Part shown: positions 62,153-64,000 of the stretch, one piece after another
Layout: every line of letters begins with the position of its first letter
Numbering within the stretch: the stretch's first letter is position 1
Source of the DNA: Candidatus Latescibacterota bacterium
Lineage (GTDB): Bacteria; Latescibacterota; CBDEFO01
NCBI GenBank assembly: GCA_965237525.1
Contig: CBDEFO010000008.1
Span: 960,001-1,024,000, forward strand
Direction: 5' to 3'
Length of the DNA: 64,000 nt
Translations under genes and position numbers: made by a program
The notes under the pieces: model-generated
The model's input: only the letters and a program-made list of their open reading frames with translations
What the model was told of the DNA's origin: nothing
Databases searched by the model: none

Positions 62153-62956
62153 TCACTCTACTCCTTCTAATCTTTCAGATTTCTCCCCCAGCTCTACAAG
62201 TCCCTTAACCATACGTTGGATGCGAGGCCCATCGCTGTTCTGGAGCACCTCTTCCGGGTGAAAGACATACGCGGACCAACGCTTTAAAGAGGCGATGTGT
62301 TCATCGCTGATCGGACGGGCTGCGTATTTCAGGGCGATATAACGTCGTCGGCCACTTTTCCCGTACACAGCATGGTATAAACTCTGATTGAACAACATCA
62401 TCTCACCGGGCTCAGTCTCCACAGCGTAGCAAGGTACATCAGAGCCTGCCATCCCAAAGAACCTCGGTTCACTTTCCGCGTGACTGAGCTGGAACGCCTC
62501 GAGGTCTTCGTGCATCGGCAACCTATGGGAACCGGGAATAACCCGCAGGGCGCCCTTTTCTTTCTGCATCGGATCCAGATATAACATAATCTTGATTCGG
62601 ATGTAGTTGAGCTCTTCATTCCCCGGTCTGTCAGCATGCCAATGGTGTGCATCTCCCGAGGTTTGAATGCCCCTGTTACCTTCGGATCCAGACCAGATAA
62701 AATCTTTCCCCAATAACTGTTCCATGGGCTCGTAAATGCGGTCGTCCTCAACTAGTTGCGTCAGCAGGGCATGTTTCTCGACAAAGGGCGACATCCTTAC
62801 TTTCTCTTCCTCTCCTAGCGGACGACCCAGTTCTCTCTCCCACACTTCTTCAGCCGCATGGGTGATCGTGTCCATCTCCTGCGGCGAGAATGTCTGTCGA
62901 AGAACCAGAAAACCGAAGGTTTTGAAACACGTAATCTGCTCTGCTGTTAACATCAA
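62153..62956 (-). CDS. Phytanoyl-CoA dioxygenase (PhyH) family protein
   Basis: WHAD, GALRVIPGSH, LYHA. Confidence 0.9.
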   Translation of the reverse strand: MMLTAEQITCFKTFGFLVLRQTFSPQEMDTITHAAEEVWERELGRPLGEEEKVRMSPFVEKHALLTQLVEDDRIYEPMEQLLGKDFIWSGSEGNRGIQTSGDAHHWHADRPGNEELNYIRIKIMLYLDPMQKEKGALRVIPGSHRLPMHEDLEAFQLSHAESEPRFFGMAGSDVPCYAVETEPGEMMLFNQSLYHAVYGKSGRRRYIALKYAARPISDEHIASLKRWSAYVFHPEEVLQNSDGPRIQRMVKGLVELGEKSERLEGVE

Positions 62957-63204
62957 ACCTCCTTCCTACAGTTGAACGGTGCATCAACGTACTTTCCCCA
63001 ACCGAATCCGCCAAGCGCATTTGAGGGAACAACGTGCACTCGGTAACTGGCACTTTAGCAGACGATGCGTTTCTGCCATGTCCTGTTCTTTCGCCTTGTG
63101 CGGAACCTATTACATTGGGTCAGTTGGCATTAGGATGCGCAGGATAACCTACATACGAGGCGGTTGACCAATCTGGAAATGTTGATAAGCTCCCGCACAA
63201 GTGT

Positions 63205-64000
63205 TCAATAGCTATAGGATAAACCGATTCCAAAAGCACTGCCGGCTCCTACGTTCTTGCCGACAAAGATCACATCGTACACCAGGTCCACCGACGTATT
63301 ACCGTAAACCTTGACGGCCGTATTGACACCTACTTTGGTAAAATCTCCCTCGGAAATCTGCATTGACATCGAGTGCATGGCATCGGCGTTTCCCCCGCCG
63401 GCTAGCAAGGTATCCTTACCCTCCAGGTATACTTTGACAAAGACCTTTTCATGTGGAGTCGCTCCCACTTCAAAGAAGTAGGGAACCTGCTTGGAAAACG
63501 GCCCTCCGCGAAAGCGGAAGCCCAACTCTGCACCCAGGTATAGGGGCACAGGATGGAGGGAACGGGCTACCAACAGTCTGAGCTCCATATCCAGATCGCC
63601 CGTGCCGATAGCAGGGTTGTTGTTTTCGTCGTATCCCGTGGGCACCTTGAAACTTACATAGGGGCTCAAGACCACGGGCCATTGTAAAATCTGGTATTTG
63701 GCCCCGATATCCCAATCACCCACGGCCGTAGTCGTCAAGCGGACCTCGGGATTCTCCGAAATGAGTCGGCCCGCACTGACCTGAGTGAGCAGTGTAAGAC
63801 GTTCCAGCAGGCCATATTCTATGTATAGAAAGCCATGATTGGACTCGAAGGTAGCATCGAGAGAATCAGCATGGCCTCGATTTCCATCCCCGTCGAAGGC
63901 TTCATCAGCGTCGTATAAAATCGCCGACAACTTGGCATAGTAATGACCCTTCTGTTGGCTCCAGGCGCCGGCACGAGCTTCGGTGAGGGGCCACATACAA
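63205..64000 (-). CDS. Probable outer-membrane beta-barrel protein (start outside window)
   Basis: A-G-A signal cleavage, YIEYGL, PTGYD, amphipathic strands, C-terminal aromatic. Confidence 0.65.
   Translation of the reverse strand, partial: CMWPLTEARAGAWSQQKGHYYAKLSAILYDADEAFDGDGNRGHADSLDATFESNHGFLYIEYGLLERLTLLTQVSAGRLISENPEVRLTTTAVGDWDIGAKYQILQWPVVLSPYVSFKVPTGYDENNNPAIGTGDLDMELRLLVARSLHPVPLYLGAELGFRFRGGPFSKQVPYFFEVGATPHEKVFVKVYLEGKDTLLAGGGNADAMHSMSMQISEGDFTKVGVNTAVKVYGNTSVDLVYDVIFVGKNVGAGSAFGIGLSYSY

Noticed and set aside
1..64000. CRISPR array or cas genes
   Set aside because: Repeats are dispersed hairpins or short tandem duplications; no regular repeat-spacer pattern and no Cas motifs recognised

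Overview
64 kb of a diderm, probably anaerobic or sediment-dwelling bacterium. A candidate-phylum FCB-type lineage such as Latescibacterota is an inference from the SWGK[IV]K-tailed secreted proteins. Housekeeping and accessory genes include a tripartite RND pump, an M16 peptidase pair, a YfhO-type protein, purF, ferredoxin plus geranylgeranyl reductase, an orphan flgB, sat-cysC, a sigma54 activator, several oxidoreductases, an NCS1 permease and tRNA-Pro(CGG). They are interleaved with many mobile elements: three IS1182-family copies, an IS481-family element, an unclassified DDE IS and two 251-bp TA-targeting MITEs. Many genes are broken. Best candidates for something new: (1) a two-gene putative defence operon, an SPPY DNA methyltransferase plus a kinase / ORC-CDC6-like ATPase / tandem Rossmann fusion with an in-frame TGA in the kinase; (2) two families of very small repeats that sit in frame inside protein-coding genes and nest inside other repeats, an ~23-nt hairpin (11 copies) and an ~50-nt TSHE-encoding element; (3) a tandem array of secreted proteins sharing a C-terminal SWGK[IV]K motif. 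All family assignments come from motif recognition, not database searches.
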